A DNA stretch of 64,000 nt, taken from contig NC_135884.1 in NCBI RefSeq assembly GCF_964194155.1, positions 96,224,001-96,288,000 of the forward strand, in the 5' to 3' direction. Below are positions 28,341 through 44,100 of this stretch, in pieces. The number at the start of each line of letters is the position of its first letter. Within the stretch, counting starts at the first letter, position 1. The position numbers were made by a program, and so were the translations under genes. Source of the DNA: Cetorhinus maximus. Lineage: Eukaryota. The notes under the pieces are model-generated. The model did no database searches and was not told where the DNA came from. It worked only from the letters and a program-made list of their open reading frames with translations.

Positions 28341-28419
28341 ATAAATATGCATGATCTGATAGCCAATACAGAGTCATAGCTCCTGGATGTCGAGGGACCT
28401 GTATATTCATATTGACATT

Positions 28420-28827
28420 TCACAGAATCACAGAATTCTTACAGTGTAGAAGGAGGCCATTCAGCCCATCGGGTCTGCACCGGCTCCCTGAGCAATTTAA
28501 CTTAGTGCATATCTCCTGCCTTTTCCCTGTAACCCTGCACATTGTTTATATTTAAATAATCATCTAATGCCCTCCTGAATGCCTCAATTGAACCTGCCTC
28601 CACCACACTTCCAGGCAGTGCATTCCATCCCCAACTACTCACTGTGTGAAAAAGGTTTTTCTCATTTCGCATTTGCTTCTTTTGCAAAACACTAAAACTG
28701 TGCTCTCTGGTTCTCGATCTGTTTCCAAGCAGGAACAGTTTCTCTCTAACTACTCTGTCTACACCCCTCATTATTTTGAAAATTTCTACCAAGTCTCCTC
28801 TCAGCCTTCTTCTCTCCAAGGAAAACA
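28420..28827 (-). mobile_element. CR1 3' end truncated by a Penelope insertion (copy at ~37953-38360)
   Basis: LFSLERRRLRGDLVEIFKIM...WNALPGSVVEA and a CACAGAAT tail. Same fragment as 47522-47929. Confidence 0.85.
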
Positions 28828-31118
28828 GACTGACCTCTACCTCGCGGAGGCTGAGCATCAACTCGCAGACACTTCCTCCTACCTCTCCCTGGACCATGAC
28901 CCCACCACTGAACACCAAGCCATTGTTTCCAGGACTGTCACCGACCTCATCTCCCCTGGAGATCTTCCTCCCACAGCTTCCAACCTGATAGTCGCCCAAC
29001 CTCGGACGGCCCGCTTCTACCTCCTACCCAAAATCCACAAACAGAACTGTCCCGGCAGACCGATCGTGTCAGCCTATTCCTGCCCCACGGAACTCATTTC
29101 ACGTTATCTTGACTCCCTTCTCTCTCCCCTTGTCCAGTCCCTGCCCACCTACATCCGTGATTCCTCTGACACCTTACGTCACATCAACAATTTCCAGTTC
29201 CCTGGTTCCAACCGCTTCCTCTTCACCATGGATGTCCAATCCCTCTACACCTCCATCCCCCACCAGGATGGTCTGAGGGCCTTTAGCTTATTCCTTGAAC
29301 AGAGGCCCGAACAATCCCCATCCACCACTACTCTCCTCCGTCTGGCTGAACTTGTTTTCACACTGAACAATTTCTCCTTTAACTCCTCTCACATCCTCCA
29401 AATAAAAGGTGTGGCTATGGGTACCCGCATGGGCCCCAGCTATGCCTGTCCCTTTATGGGGTATGTGGAACATTCCTTGTTCCAGACCTACTCCGGCCCC
29501 CTCCCACAACACTTTCTCTGGTACATCGATGATTACTTCGGTGCTGCTTCATGCTCTCGTCGGGACCTGGAAAAATTTATTGATTTTGCTTCCAATCTCC
29601 ACTCCTCCATCATTTTCACATGGTCCATCTCTGACACTTCCCTTCCCTTCCTTGACCTCTCTGTCTCAATTTCTGGTGATAGACTGTCCACCAATATCCA
29701 TTACAAGCCTTCCAACTCCCACAGCTACCTCGACTACAGCTCCTCACACCCCGCTTCCTGTAAAGACTCCATCCCATTCTCTCAGTTCCTTCGCCTCCGT
29801 CGCATCTGTTCTGATGATGCAACCTTCAAAAACAATTCCTCTGACATGTCATCCTTCTTCCTTAACCGAGTTTTTCCACCCACGGTCGTTGACAGGGCCC
29901 TCAACCGTGTCTGGCCCATCTCCCGCGCATCCTCCCTCACGCCTTCTCCTCCTTCCCAGAAACATGATAGGGTCCCCCTTGTCCTCACTTATCACCCCAC
30001 CAGCCTCCGCATTCAAAGGATCATCCTCCGCCATTTCCGCCAACTCCAGCATGATGCCACCACCAAACACATCTTACCTTCACCCCCCCTGGCGGCATTC
30101 CGTAGGTATCGTTCCCTCCGGAACACCCTGGTCCACTCCTCCATCACCCCCTCCTTCTCAATCCCCACCTATGGCACCTCTCCATGCCCACGCAGAAGAT
30201 GCAACACCTGCCCCTTCACTTCCTCTCTCCTCACCATCCAAGGGCCCAAACACTCCTTTCAAGTGAAACAGCATTTCACTTGCACTTCCCTCAACTTAGT
30301 CTACTGCATTCGTTGCTCCCAATGCGGTTTCCTCTACATTGGAGAGACCAAACGCAGACTGGGTGACCGCTTTGCAGAACACCTTTGGTCTGTCCGCAAG
30401 CATTACCCAGACCTCCCTGTCGCTTGCCATTTCAACACTCCACCCTGCTCTCATGCCCACATGTCCATCCTTGGCTTGCTGCATTGTTCCAGTGAAGCTC
30501 AACGCAAGCTGGAGGGACAGCACCTCATCTTCCGACTAGGCACTTTACAGCCTTCCGGACTAAATATTGAGTTCAACAATTTCAGATCATGAACTCTCTC
30601 CTCCATCCCCACCCCCTTTCCGATTTTCCCCCTCCTTTTTGTTTTTTCCAATAATTTATATAGATTTTTCTTTTCCCACCTATTTCCATTATTTTTAAAT
30701 GTATTTCTATCCATTGTTTTATCTCTACCATTTAGCCTATTTGGATACCTTCACCCCACCCCACCCCCACTAGGGCTATCTGTACCTTGCTTGTCCTGCT
30801 TTCTACCCTTAATTAGCACATTCCTTTAGATAATATCACCACCTTCAACACCTCTTTGCCCTTTTGTCTGTGACATCTTTTGGTTATCTCCACCTATCAC
30901 TGGCCCTCTATCCAGCTCTTCTTGTCCCACCACCACCCCCTCTTAAACCAGCTTATATTTCAACCCTTTTTTATTTTTCCTTAGTTCGTTTGAAGAGTCA
31001 TGCGGACTCGTAATGTTAACTGTGCTCCTTTCCACAGATGCTGCCAGACCTGCTGAGTTTTTCCAGGTATTTTTGTGTTTTTTTTTGGAGTTCTAGCATC
31101 CGCAGTTTTTTTGCTTTT
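28828..31118 (+). mobile_element. Penelope-like element, chimaeric, with uninterrupted RT + GIY-YIG frame to the stop at 30592
   Basis: FYLLPKIHK, GRPIVS, MDVQSLYTSIP, QIKGVAMGTRMGP, WYIDD, linker CPRRRCNTC (Neptune-like), VYCIRCSQC..LYIGET, GLN. 5'-truncated at 28828. Confidence 0.93.
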
Positions 31119-31717
31119 ATCAATGTAAACTCTGTTAGACATCAAAACAGGTGAGAAATTCTATGGGACACAGGATCTGGCAGAAAAGGAGAAAGCAGCA
31201 AATATCCAGAGTGAAAACAGGGAATCAAACTCCAAACAGAGAGTGCAGTCCTGGACTCGCCCGCACGGTGGGGGTGAAACGTGTTGCAGACGCTCAGACA
31301 CACGCTGACTCCGCAGCAAATGTTGGGAAATTGCTGTCGTTGAGAAATCTTTTTGGGCCGTGTTGTGAGTGAAGCGGGGAAGGGGCGGGTCGGTCCGGGC
31401 CGAATGCACACGGGGCACCGAAGTGATACGGCGGCTGAAAGTTTGAATTGCACCCGGCTCCTTCACTCACAACACGACCCAAAAAGATTTCTCAATGACA
31501 GCAATTTCCCAACATTTCCTGTGGAGTCAGCGTGTGTTTGAGCGTCTGCAACACGTTTCACCCCCACAGTGTGGGGGAGTCCAGAACTGCACTCTCTGTT
31601 TGAAGGTTGATTTGTTGTTTTCACTCTGGATATATGCTGGTTTCTCATTGCTCTGCCAGATCCTGTGTCCCAGAGAGTTTCTCACCTGTTTTGATGTCTA
31701 ACAGAGTTTATATTGAT
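31119..31717. repeat. Inverted repeat enclosing an orphan MT promoter fragment, unit B
   Basis: Near-identical to 21584-22181. Confidence 0.9.
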
Positions 31718-34700
31718 GCTGTGCTTTCATTGGGCAGCACGTTTCAAAGTCCCAGTGTTTGGAGAGATGAGAATTGATCAGTTTTGTCTGATCAGTGTCA
31801 GGAACCAGGAGTACAGGTGACATTTGGACCGTGTGCACCAGCCTGTCGGTTTAAAGGCTGAATTTCTGCACACGACAACAACAACTTGTGTAATAACAAT
31901 TTATATAGCGCTTTTAGTATCATAAAAATTTCCGAAGACACTTCACCGGAAATTTATAAGGCAACAATTGTGAAAACTAGGGTGTGATTTTTAAATGATG
32001 TGAGTGAGGGCGAGGGCAGGGGTAGAAGTGAGATGTATTTTAGCCTGGGGGGCTGGTGGAACGGGTTGAAGCTGCAGAGGCATCTGATGAGATAAGTCAG
32101 AGAGTGCGATGCAGGCCATTCGGCCCACTCATTCTGAGACAAAAAAGTCAGTGAGCTCCTGGCACTGATTGTTGGAGGTGAGGGTGGAGTCGGCAAGGTG
32201 GAGGGGTTTAGAAATATGGTTTGTGGTACAGAACAGGTGTTAGGGGTTAACTTTACATTCCGGGGTGATCCTGGAGTAGTGAACAGTTTTAACAGACTCA
32301 TTATTGTGTAATTTCCTGCAGCAATATCAGGAGGTGAATGGGTAAACCAATTACCCACCTGTCCATTCAGCTCCCTGTGGCTTCAGCTTAAAGGAACAGA
32401 GGTGAGGTCCTTACCGGGTGGAATAGTTAAAGTGAGAGAGAGTCATGGATTTATTGGGACTGGGGCATCAATGGTGCAGGTGAGAGTGCAGGTGAGCAAA
32501 TCAGCCCCTGAAGCATTATCATGGCGAGTGGCGGGCCAAAGGCTGGAGAGTTGGAATTTTGAAATTGCAGCTGTAAATAAATTGTTGGATAGATTTTTTC
32601 AGAGGCAGATACAGCAGAAAGTAAAGATGGGGAACAGCGAAGGGGGACGTGGGTGGTGAGTGGGCACAGCAAGTGATCAGATATGGCCTTGGATAGATGC
32701 GGTGGACGTAGTGAGTCCCTGTGAGATGGTGAGGTCAAAGTGGTGTCTGTGAACATGGATTGAGGATTTGACATGGAGGGAGAGATTATGGGAGGATCAG
32801 AGGTCAGTGAACTGAGAGGAGAGAACATGATGAATCAAGATGGAGGTTGAAATCACTGCAGACCCTCGGTGAAGTGGCGGAGAGAGAAAATTAGTGAATT
32901 CTATGGACAGAGTAAAGCAATGTCATAAATAATGGGATTATTCAATTTCTGCAGTCCTGCCACATCCAGTCATTACTGGTCTGGGACTATTTAACAGCTA
33001 ACAGGAGCATGAGGCTGCATAAATGACCCCATGCTCAAAGATTGGGGAGCCCAGCACATGACTGCAAAAGACAAGGCTGAACCATGTTCAACCATCTTCA
33101 ACCAGAGGAACTGAGTAGATAATATATCTCAGCTTCCTCCTGCAGTCCCCAGTATCACAGAAGCCAATTTGAAGCCAACTTGATTTGGTCCATGTGGTAT
33201 GACAAAATGGTTAAAGACACTGAATACAGTAAAGTCTATGACATACCAGCAGCAGCACTAAGACTTGTGCTCCACATCCAATCACAACCCTAGCCAAAAT
33301 GTTACACAGGATCACAGGGTATAGGAACATGGGAAATCGGAGCAGGAGTTGGCTATTCAACCCATTGAGCCTGCACTGACATTCAAACAGATCCTGGCTG
33401 ATCATCTACCTCAACGTCATTTTCCCCACTATCTCCATCTCCCCTGATGTCATTAATCTCCAGAAATATATTGATTTCTGTCTTGAACATGCTCAATGAC
33501 TGAGCTTCCAAAACCCCCTGGGGTAGAGAATTCCAAAGATTCACCACCCTCTGAGTTACGAAATACCTTCTCGTCTCAGTGTTAAATGGCCTGTCCCTTA
33601 TTCTGAGACAGTGTCCCCTGGATCTAGATTCACCAGCCAGGGTAAACATCCTATCCACATCGTCCCTGTTACACCTGGTAAGTATTTTGTAAGTTTTAAT
33701 GAGATCTCCTCTCATTCTTCAAAACCCTAAAGAATACAGGCCCAGTTTCCTCAATCTCTCCACATAACACAATCCTGCCATCCCAGGGATCAGTCTGGTG
33801 AACCTCCATTGCATTCTCTCTAAGGCAAGTATATCCTTCCATAGATAAGGAGACCAAAACTGGGCACAATACTCCAGGTGAGGTCTCACCAAGGCCCGGT
33901 ACAATTGCAGCAAGACATCTTTACTCCTCTACACAAATCCCCTTGAGATGAAGGCCAACATACCATTTGCCTTCCTAATTATTTGCTGCACTTGCATGCT
34001 AGCTTTTAGTAACTCATGCACAAGGACACCCAGGTTTATTTGGACACCAAATTTCCCAACCTCTCACCATATAAGGAATGCTCAGTTACAGTACAGCTAC
34101 AATACTGGCATCGAGCTGGTCATGTAGATAACTTTCCAAGAATGGCCAATACACTAAAAGCAGGGAAAATCCCATCCTGCCAAGCACTGTGCCAGCAGCC
34201 TGCTTTTCATTATGAACAAAGTGATGGGAGGTGACATGGACAGTGCTATCAGGAGTCACTTGTTCACCAATCAGCTGCTCACTGATGTTCAGGTTGGGTT
34301 TCACTCGGCAAATCCTGGAACTCCCTCCCTAACAGCACTGTGGATGTTCCTACACCACATGGGCTGCACATGTTCAAGAAGGCAGTTCACCACCACCTTC
34401 TCAAGGGCAATTAGAGATGGGTAACAAATGTTGGCATTGTCAGCGGTGCCCACATCTCTTGGGCGAATAAGAAAGGAAATATCTTGGTGTGTTCTCTAAG
34501 ATGAAGGTTATTGAGAGAAAAAATACACTAAGGCTTATTCTTGTATTCAGGATGATTTTGGGATGGTGAGCAGTGTTGAGGGAGCAGGGGAGAGGCGGAT
34601 GATGCAGCCAGATGTGGCGGTGAGTGGTGAAACCAATTGTCTGTCATACCCATTGCTGAAATCAGGGTGGATCCGGGTGAATGGAGAGGACCCTATGTCC

Positions 34701-34818
34701 ACCTTGTAGACTGAAATCTGATTTTAGTCAATCTGGAAATATTTACAAAAACAGAGGACCCGATTGAAATTGGTGTCACTGAGAAATCTTTTTGGGCCGT
34801 GTTGTGAGTGAAGAAGCC

Positions 34819-34939
34819 GGGTGCAATTCAAACTTTCAGCCACTGAATCACTTCGGTGCCCCGTGTGCATTCAGCCCGGACGAACCCGCCCCTTCCCCGC
34901 TTCTGCAGCCGGTTCCCCACCGATCACAAGCCCATAAAA
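34819..34939 (+). promoter_or_regulatory. MT copy 3 proximal promoter
   Basis: MRE cores 34819-34825 and 34863-34869, a GC box, and CATAAAA 34933-34939. Confidence 0.85.
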
Positions 34940-35021
34940 CTCGGCTCCGATTCAGCAAACGGCACAAGATCGAGAAGTGCTGATTGGGTGACGGCTCGAA
35001 GCTGAAGAAGAAGTTCCTGAA

Positions 35022-35875
<854 letters not shown>

Positions 35876-38360
35876 ACAACAGGCCCTTCAGGGACAATAG
35901 ATGAAATATTGTCCATATGTATTGTATTCCACAAGCTGCATGTCCTCGGTGTCTATATCCTGATGAATTGTGTGTTTACATAAAGTAATGAAAAGTGTCT
36001 GAATATTGTTGAAATTCTGATTTTTGGATCAAGAGTTAAATAAATTTTCAGTATTTGAAGTCCAGTCATAAGTCTTATTTTGTTACTTAAAGGTGTGATA
36101 TTACTAATAACAACACAAGATCTAGGAAATGAGTTGAGTCTAATTTTGCCATTAAGAACCATGGCATAACATAAGTCACATTAGCATCTGTCACAGTCTG
36201 GCCAATGAGGTTAAACAATGTGATGAAGGACCAGTGTCAGAAATGGTGGAGTGAATGAATGAATGGCAGTTCTGCTGACCCTCTTATCCACGAGTGTGGC
36301 AGAATGCTACTGTCAAATATACCAGAAATTGGTTGTAAGCCAGTCACATCTGCCTGTTAACTGTGCATCCTAAAGTTAATTTTAAAATATTCTTTGGAAG
36401 TTTTGGCAGAAATGCAGACTCCTTCAGAGATTTGTGAACTTGCTTCCCCAGGTCTTGCTGTTTCTGCACTCCCTCGAAAGTTGTATCATTTATTTCACAT
36501 TGTATCTCCACATTCTTTGTTTAAAGTCTATCAAATCACATTTCCGTGCCTTAAATTTCATCTGTCAGATATCTGATCATTTTACCACTCTGTTTCCTTG
36601 AGCCTGTAATTATCCTCCTCATTGTTGACTACTACATCCCCTCAAGACCCTTTAAGGTTTCTAACTTGAGGAAGGCCAAACCTTTCATTCTTGTTATCCA
36701 ATTTTCTCCTATCCAATCTTAACTTCTCTGTTACTGCTACATTGAGAACATCATTCTCTACAGAGAACAAGGTGGCAAAAATACACCTCGTACCTTAACC
36801 ATGTCCTCTGCCTCCAGACAAAGGTTAGCTTTTCAGTTCCTAATCAGCCCCACATTCTGCATTGACTACTCTTTCATCACTGATGTGTTTAATGGGGAAA
36901 ATCCACATTCTGGGGAACTGCCATCATAATACACCCAAGGGCTGAAAGATATGGAAAAATCTCCCAGATGTGTGCACCGGAATATTTCTGACATGAAACG
37001 TAAATGTATCTTTTATCTGGGAGGGAGAAAGGGACACTTCGTACCTGGAAGCAGTCACACCCTTAGACTAGGGTCTTCTGATTTGGTCAGTGGCAGGGAG
37101 AGGAGGGTGTGACTGCGAATGAGGCAGCTATGGGGACCCAGAAGGTAAAAGTGGTGGAGATTCACCTTTGCAATTGTCCAACATGTTCGATGATTTTGCA
37201 GCCTGTATGGTTAAAAGTGGTGGCTGCAGTGTGGATGAGCAAACTGACCATGGCACCATTGTACAGGAAGACATTCATGCAGTGGGAGTTAATGGGAATG
37301 TAGTGGTAGTTGGGGGCAGTATAGTCAGGGGTTTGACACAGTTCTCCTCAGCCCAGACTCGGAGTTCATGCAGCTGTGTTGCCTGCCTGGTGTCAGGGTT
37401 TGGGCCACTGCTCTGGGCTGGGAAGGAACTAGCAGTTAGAGGGGTAGGTTGCAGTGGTCGTGGTTTCTGCTGAGGGAGTATTGAGCAGCTAGGAGCTAAA
37501 TTAAAAAGCAGAACCTGAAAGGTACTAATCTCTGTATTACTACCTAAGCCACGAGCAAATTGACATAGGTCAAATCAGATTAGGGAGTGAAAAGCATGGT
37601 TGAAAGTTTGAGAAAAGGGTTTTGATTCATGGGGGCACTGGCACCAGTACTGCAGAAGGTGGGAGCTGTACCATTGGAATAGTTTTCACCTGAACCATGC
37701 TGGGACAAGTGTTCTGGTGAGTCGTATAACTAGGGCAGTGGAGAGGGCTTTAAACGAAGTAGTGGGGGCAAGGGATCAAATTTGGGAAGATGTGATAATA
37801 TAAGTGATATGTGATAATATGTGATATGATAAATGCACGTGGCATTTGTAATGAAAGAGATGAAGAAATATTAATAAATATGCATGATCTGATAGCCAAT
37901 ACAGAGTCATAGCTCCTGGATGTCGAGGGACCTGTATATTCATATTGACATTTCACAGAATCACAGAATTCTTACAGTGTAGAAGGAGGCCATTCAGCCC
38001 ATCGGGTCTGCACCGGCTCTCTGATCATTTTAACTTAGTGCATATCTCCTGCCTTTTCCCTGTAACCCTGCACATTGTTTATATTTAAATAATCATCTAA
38101 TGCCCTCCTGAATGCCTCAATTGAACCTGCCTCCACCACACTTCCAGGCAGTGCATTCCATCCCCAACTACTCACTGTGTGAAAAAGGTTTTTCTCATTT
38201 CGCATTTGCTTCTTTTGCAAAACACTAAAACTGTGCCCTCTGGTTCTCGATCCGTTTCCAAGCGGGTACAGTTTCTCTCTATCTACTCTGTCTACACCCC
38301 TCATTATTTTGAAAACTTCTACCAAGTCTCCTCTCAGCCTTCTTCTCTCCAAGGAAAACA

Positions 38361-40653
38361 GACTGACCTCTACCTCGCGGAGGCTGAGCATCAACTCGCA
38401 GACACTTCCTCCTACCTCCCCCTGGACCATGACCCCACCACTGAACACCAAGCCATTGTTTCCAGGACTGTCACTGACCTCATCTCCTCTGGAGATCTTC
38501 CTCCCACCGCTTCCAACCTGATAGTCGCCCAACCTCAGATGGTCCGCTTCTACTTCCTACCCAAAATCCACAAACAGAACTGTCCTGGCAGACCGATCGT
38601 GTCAGCCTATTCCTGCCCCATGGAACTTATTTCTCGTTATCTTGACTCCCTTCTCTCTCCCCTTGTCCAGTCCCTTCCCACCTACATCCGTGATTTCTCT
38701 GACACCTTACGTCACATCAACAATTTCCAGTTCCCTGGTTCCAACCCCTTCCTCTTCACCATGGACGTCCAATCCCTCTACGCCTCCATCCCCCACCAGG
38801 ATGGTCTGAGGGCCTTTAGCTTATTCCTTGAACAGAGGCCCGAACAATCCCCATCCACCACTACTCTCCTCCATCTGGCTGAACTTGTTCTCACACTGAA
38901 CAATTTCTCCTTTAACTCCTCTCACTTCCTCCAAATAAAAGGTGTGGCTATGGGTACCCGCATGGGCGCCAGCTATGCCTGTCTCTTTATGGGGTATGTG
39001 GAACATTCCTTGTTCCAGTCCTACTCCAGCCCCCTCCCACAACACTTTCGATGATTACTTCAGTGCTGCTTCATGCTCTCGTTGGGACCTGGAAAAATTT
39101 ATTAATTTTGCTTCCAATCTCCACCCCTCCATCATTTTCACATGGTCCATCTCTGACACTTCCCTTCCCTTCCTTGACCTCTCTGTCTCAATTTCTGGTG
39201 ATAGACTGTCCACCAATATCCATTACAAGCCTTCCAACTCCCACAGCTACCTCGACTACAGCTCCTCACACCCCGCTTCCTGTAAGGACTCCATCCCATT
39301 CTCTCAGTTCCGTCGCCTCCGTCACATCTGTTCTGATGATGCTACCTTCAAAAACAATTCCTCTGACATGTCATCCTTCTTCCTTAACCGAGGTTTTCCA
39401 CCCACAGTCATTGAAAGGGCCCTCAACCGGGTCCGGCCCATCTCCCGCGCATCCGCCCTCATGCCTTCTCCTCCCTCCCAGAAACATGATAGGGTCCCCC
39501 TTGTCCTCACTTATCACCCCACCAGCCTCCGCATTCAAAGGATCATGCTCCGCCATTTCCGCCAACTCCAGCATGATGCCACCACCAAACACATCTTACC
39601 TTCACCCACCCGGCGGCATTCCGTAGGGATCGTTCCCTCCGGAACACCCTGGTCCACTCCTCCATCACCCCCTCCTTCTCAATCCCCACCTATGGCACCT
39701 CTCCATGCCCACGCAGAAGATGCAACACCTGCCCCTTCACTTCCTCTCTCCTCACCATCCAAGGGCCCAAACACTCCTTTCAAGTGAAACAGCATTTCAC
39801 TTGCACTTCCCTCAACTTAGTCTACTGCATTCGTTGCTCCCAATGCGGTTTCCTCTACATTGGAGAGACCAAACGCAGACTGGGTGACCGCTTTGCAGAA
39901 CACCTTTGGTCTGTCCGCAAGCATTACCCAGACCTCCCTGTCGCTTGCCATTTCAACACTCCACCCTGCTCTCATGCCCACATGTCCATCCTTGGCTTGC
40001 TGCATTGTTCCAGTGAAGCTCAACGCAAACTGGAGGGACAGCACCTCATCTTCCGACTAGGCACTTTTCAGACTTCCGGACTTAATATTGAGTTCAACAA
40101 TTTCAGATCATGAACTCTCTCCTCCATCCCCACCCTCTGTCAGATTTTCCCCCTCCTTTTTGTTTTTTCCAATAATTTATATAGATTTTTCTTTTCCCAC
40201 CTATTTCCATTATTTTTAAATGTATTTCTATCCATTGTTTTATCTCTACCTTTTAGCCTATTTGGATACCTTCACCCCACCCCACCCCCACTAGGGCTAT
40301 CTGTACCTTGCTTGTCCTGCTTTCTACCCTTAATTAGCACATTCCTTTAGATAATATCACCACCTCAAACATCTCTTTGCCCTTTTGTCTATGACATCTT
40401 TTGGTTATCTCCACCTATCACTGGCCCTCTATCCAGCTCTTCTTGTCCCACCAACCCCCCTCCCCCCCCACCCCCACTCTTATCCCAGCTTATATTTCAA
40501 CCCTATTCTATTTTTCCTTAGTTCGGTTGAAGAGTCATGCGGACTCGAAATGTTAACTGTGCTCCTTTCCACAGATGCGGCCAGACCTGCTGAGTTTTTC
40601 CAGGTACTTTAGTTTTTTTTTGGAGTTCTAGCATCCGCAGTTTTTTTGCTTTT
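38361..40653 (+). mobile_element. Penelope-like element, chimaeric, frameshifted
   Basis: RT and GIY-YIG are split over ORFs 38179-39054, 38942-39787 and 39784-40113. A deletion at ~39048 damages the YIDD motif. Confidence 0.92.
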
Positions 40654-41182
40654 ATCAATGTAAACTCTGTTAAACATCAAAACAGGTGAGAAATTCAATG
40701 GGACACAGGATCTGGCAGAAAATGAGAAAGCAGCAAATATCCAGAGTGAAAACAGGGAATCAAACTCCAAACAGAGAGTGCAGTCCTGGACTCGCCCGCA
40801 CGGTGGGGGTGAAATCTTTTTGGGCCGTGTTGTGAGTGAAGCGGGGAAGGGGCGGGTCTGTCCGGCTGAATGCACACGGGGCACCGAAGTGATACAGCGG
40901 CGGAAAGTTTCAATTGCACCCGGCTCCTTCACTCACAACACGACTCAAAAAGATTTCTCAATGACAGCAATTTCCCAACATTTCCTGTGGAGTCAGCGTG
41001 TGTTTGAGCGTCTGCAACACGTTTCACCCCCACAGTGTGGGGTGGTCCAGGATGCACTCTCTGTTTGAAGGTTGATTTGCTGTTTTCACTCTGGATATTT
41101 GCTGCTTTCTCATTGCTCTGCCAGATCCTGTGTCCCAGAGAGTTTCTCACCTGTTTTGATGTCTAACAGAGTTTATATTGAT
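40654..41182. repeat. Inverted repeat enclosing an orphan MT promoter fragment, unit C (left arm with ~70-bp deletion)
   Basis: As 21584-22181, but GGGGGTGAAA is joined directly to TCTTTTTGGGCC at ~40814. Confidence 0.88.
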
Positions 41183-44100
41183 GTAGTGCTTTCATTGGGC
41201 AGCACGTTTCAAAGCCCCAGTGTTTGGAGAGATGAGAATTGATCAGTTTTGTCTGATCAGTGTCAGGAACCAGGAGTACAGGTGACATTTGGACCGTGTG
41301 CACCAGCCTGTCGGTTTAAAGGCTGAATTTCTGCACACGACAACAACAACTTGTGTAATAACAATTTATATAGCGCTTTTAGTATCATAAAAATTTCCGA
41401 AGACACTTCACCGGAAATTTATAAGGCAACAATTGTGAAAACTAGGGTGTGATTTTTAAATGATGTGAGTTGAGGGCGAGGGCAGGGGGATAAGTGAGAT
41501 GTATTTTAGCCTGGGGGGCTGGTGGAACGGGTTGAAGCTGCAGAGGCATCTGATGAGATAAGTCAGAGAGTGCGATGGAGGCCTTTCGGCCCACTCATTC
41601 TGAGACAAAAAAGTCAGTGAGCTCCTGGCACTGATTGTTGGAGGTGAGGGTGGAGTCGGCAAGGTGGAGGGGTTTAGAAATATGGTTTGTGGTACAGAAC
41701 AGGTGTTAGGGGTTAACTTTACATTCCGGGGTGATCCTGGAGTAGTGAACAGTTTTAACAGACTCATTATTGTGTAATTTCCTGCAGCAATATCAGGAGG
41801 TGAATGGGTAAACCAGTTACCCACCTGTCCATTCAGCTCCCTGTGTCTTCAGCTTAAAGGAACAGAGGTGAGGTCCTTACCGGGTGGAATAGCTAAATTG
41901 AGAGAGAGTCATTGATTTATTGGGACTAGGGGATCAATGGTGCAGGTGAGAGTGCAGGTGAGCAAATCAGCCCCTGAAGCATTATCATGGCGAGTGGAGG
42001 GCCAAAGGCTGGAGAGTTGGAATTTTGAAATTGCAGCTGTAAATAAATTGTTGGAAAGATTTTTTCAGAGGCAGATACAGCAGAAAGTAAAGATGGGGAA
42101 CAGGGAAGGGGAACGTGGGTGGGGCGTGGGCACAGCAAGTGATCAGATATGGCCTTGGTTTGATGTGGTGGAAGTAGTGAGTCCCTGTGAGATGGTGAGG
42201 TCAAAGTGCTGTCTGTGAACATGGATTGAGGATTTGACATGGAGGGAAAGATTATGGGAGGATCAGAGGTCAGTGAACTGAGAGGAGAGAACATGATGAA
42301 TCAAGAAGGAGGTTGAATTCACTGCAGACCCTCGGTGAAGTGGCTGAGAGAGAAAATTAGTGAATTCTATGGACAGAGTAAAGCAATGTCATAAATAATG
42401 GGTCAGATTCAATTTCTGCAGTCCTGCCACATCCAGTCATTACTGGTCTGGGGCTATTTAACAGCTAACAGGAGCATGAGGCTGCATAAATGACCCCATG
42501 CTCAAAGATTCGGGAGCCCAGCACATGACTGCAAAAGACAAGGCTGAACCATGTTCAACCATCTTCAACCAGAGGTACTGAGTGGATAATATATCTCAGC
42601 TTCCTCCTGCAGTCCCCAGTATCACAGAAGCCAATTTGAAGCCAACTTGATTTGGTCCATGTGGTATGACGAAATGGTTAATGACACTGAACACAGTAAA
42701 GTCTATGACATCCCAGCAGCAGCACTAAGACTTGTGCTCCACATCCAATCACAACCCTAGCCAAAATGTTACACAGGATCACAGGGTATAGGAACATGGG
42801 AAATCGGAGCAGGAGTTGGCTATTCAACCCATTGAGCCTGCACTGACATTAAAACAAATCCTGGCTGATCATCTACCTCAACGTCATTTTCCCCACTATC
42901 TCCATCTCCCCTGATGTCATTAGTCTCCAGAAATATATTGATTTCTGTCTTGAACATGCTCAATGACTGAGCTTCCAAAACCCCCTGGGGTAGAGAATTC
43001 CAAAGATTCACCACCCTCTGAGTTACGAAATACCTTCTCGTCTCAGTGTTAAATGGCCTGTCCCTTATTCTGAGACAGTGTCCCCTGGATCTAGATTCAC
43101 CAGCCAGGGTAAACATCCTATCCACATCGTCCCTGTTACACCTGGTAAGAATTTTGTAAGTTTTAATGAGATCACCTCTCATTCTACAAAACTCTAAAGA
43201 ATACAGGCCCAGTTTCCTCAATCTCTCCACATAACACAATCCTGCCATCCCAAGGATCAGTCTGGTGAACCTCCATTGCACTCTCTCTAAGGCAAGTATA
43301 TCCTTCCATAGATAAGGAGACCAAAACTGGGCACAATACTCCAGGTGAGGTCTCACCAAGGCCCGGTACAATTGCAGCAAGACATCTTTACTCCTCTACA
43401 CAAATCCCCTTGCGATGCATGCTAACATACCATTTGCCTTCCTAATTATTTGCTGCACCTGCATGCTAGCTTTTAGTAACTCATGCACAAGGATACCCAG
43501 GTTTATTTGGACACCAAATTTCCCAACCTCTCACCATATAAGGAATGCTCAGTTACAGTACAGCTACAATACTGGCATCGAGCTGGTCATGTAGATAACT
43601 TTCCAAGAATGGCCAATACACTAAAAGCAGGGAAAATCCCATCCTGCCAAGCACTGTGCCAGCAGCCTGCTTTGCATTATCAACGAAGTGATGGGAGGTG
43701 ACATGGACAGTGCTATCAGGGGTCACTTGTTCACCAAACAGCAGCTCACTGATGTTCAGGTTGGGTTTCACTCGGCAAATCCTGGAACTCCCTCCCTAAC
43801 AGCACTGTGGGTGTTCCTACACCACATGGACTGCATATGTTCAAGAAGGCAGTTCACCACCACCTTCTCAAGGGCAATTAGAGATGGGCAATAAATGTTG
43901 GCATTGTCAGCGGTGCCCACATCTCTTGGGCGAATAAGAAAGGAAATATCTTGGTGTGTGCTCTAAGATGAAGGTTATTGAGAGAAAAAATACACTAAGG
44001 CTTATTCTTGTATTCAGGATGATTTTGGGATGGTGAGCAGTGTTGAGGGAGCAGGGGAGAGGCGGATGATGCAGCCAGATGTGGCGGTGAGTGGTGAAAC

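Noticed and set aside
28646-28827. N-terminus of the 648-aa ORF as a novel fusion protein
   Set aside because: It is antisense CR1 sequence that happens to be open, starting from a non-ATG codon. Only 28828 onward is Penelope.
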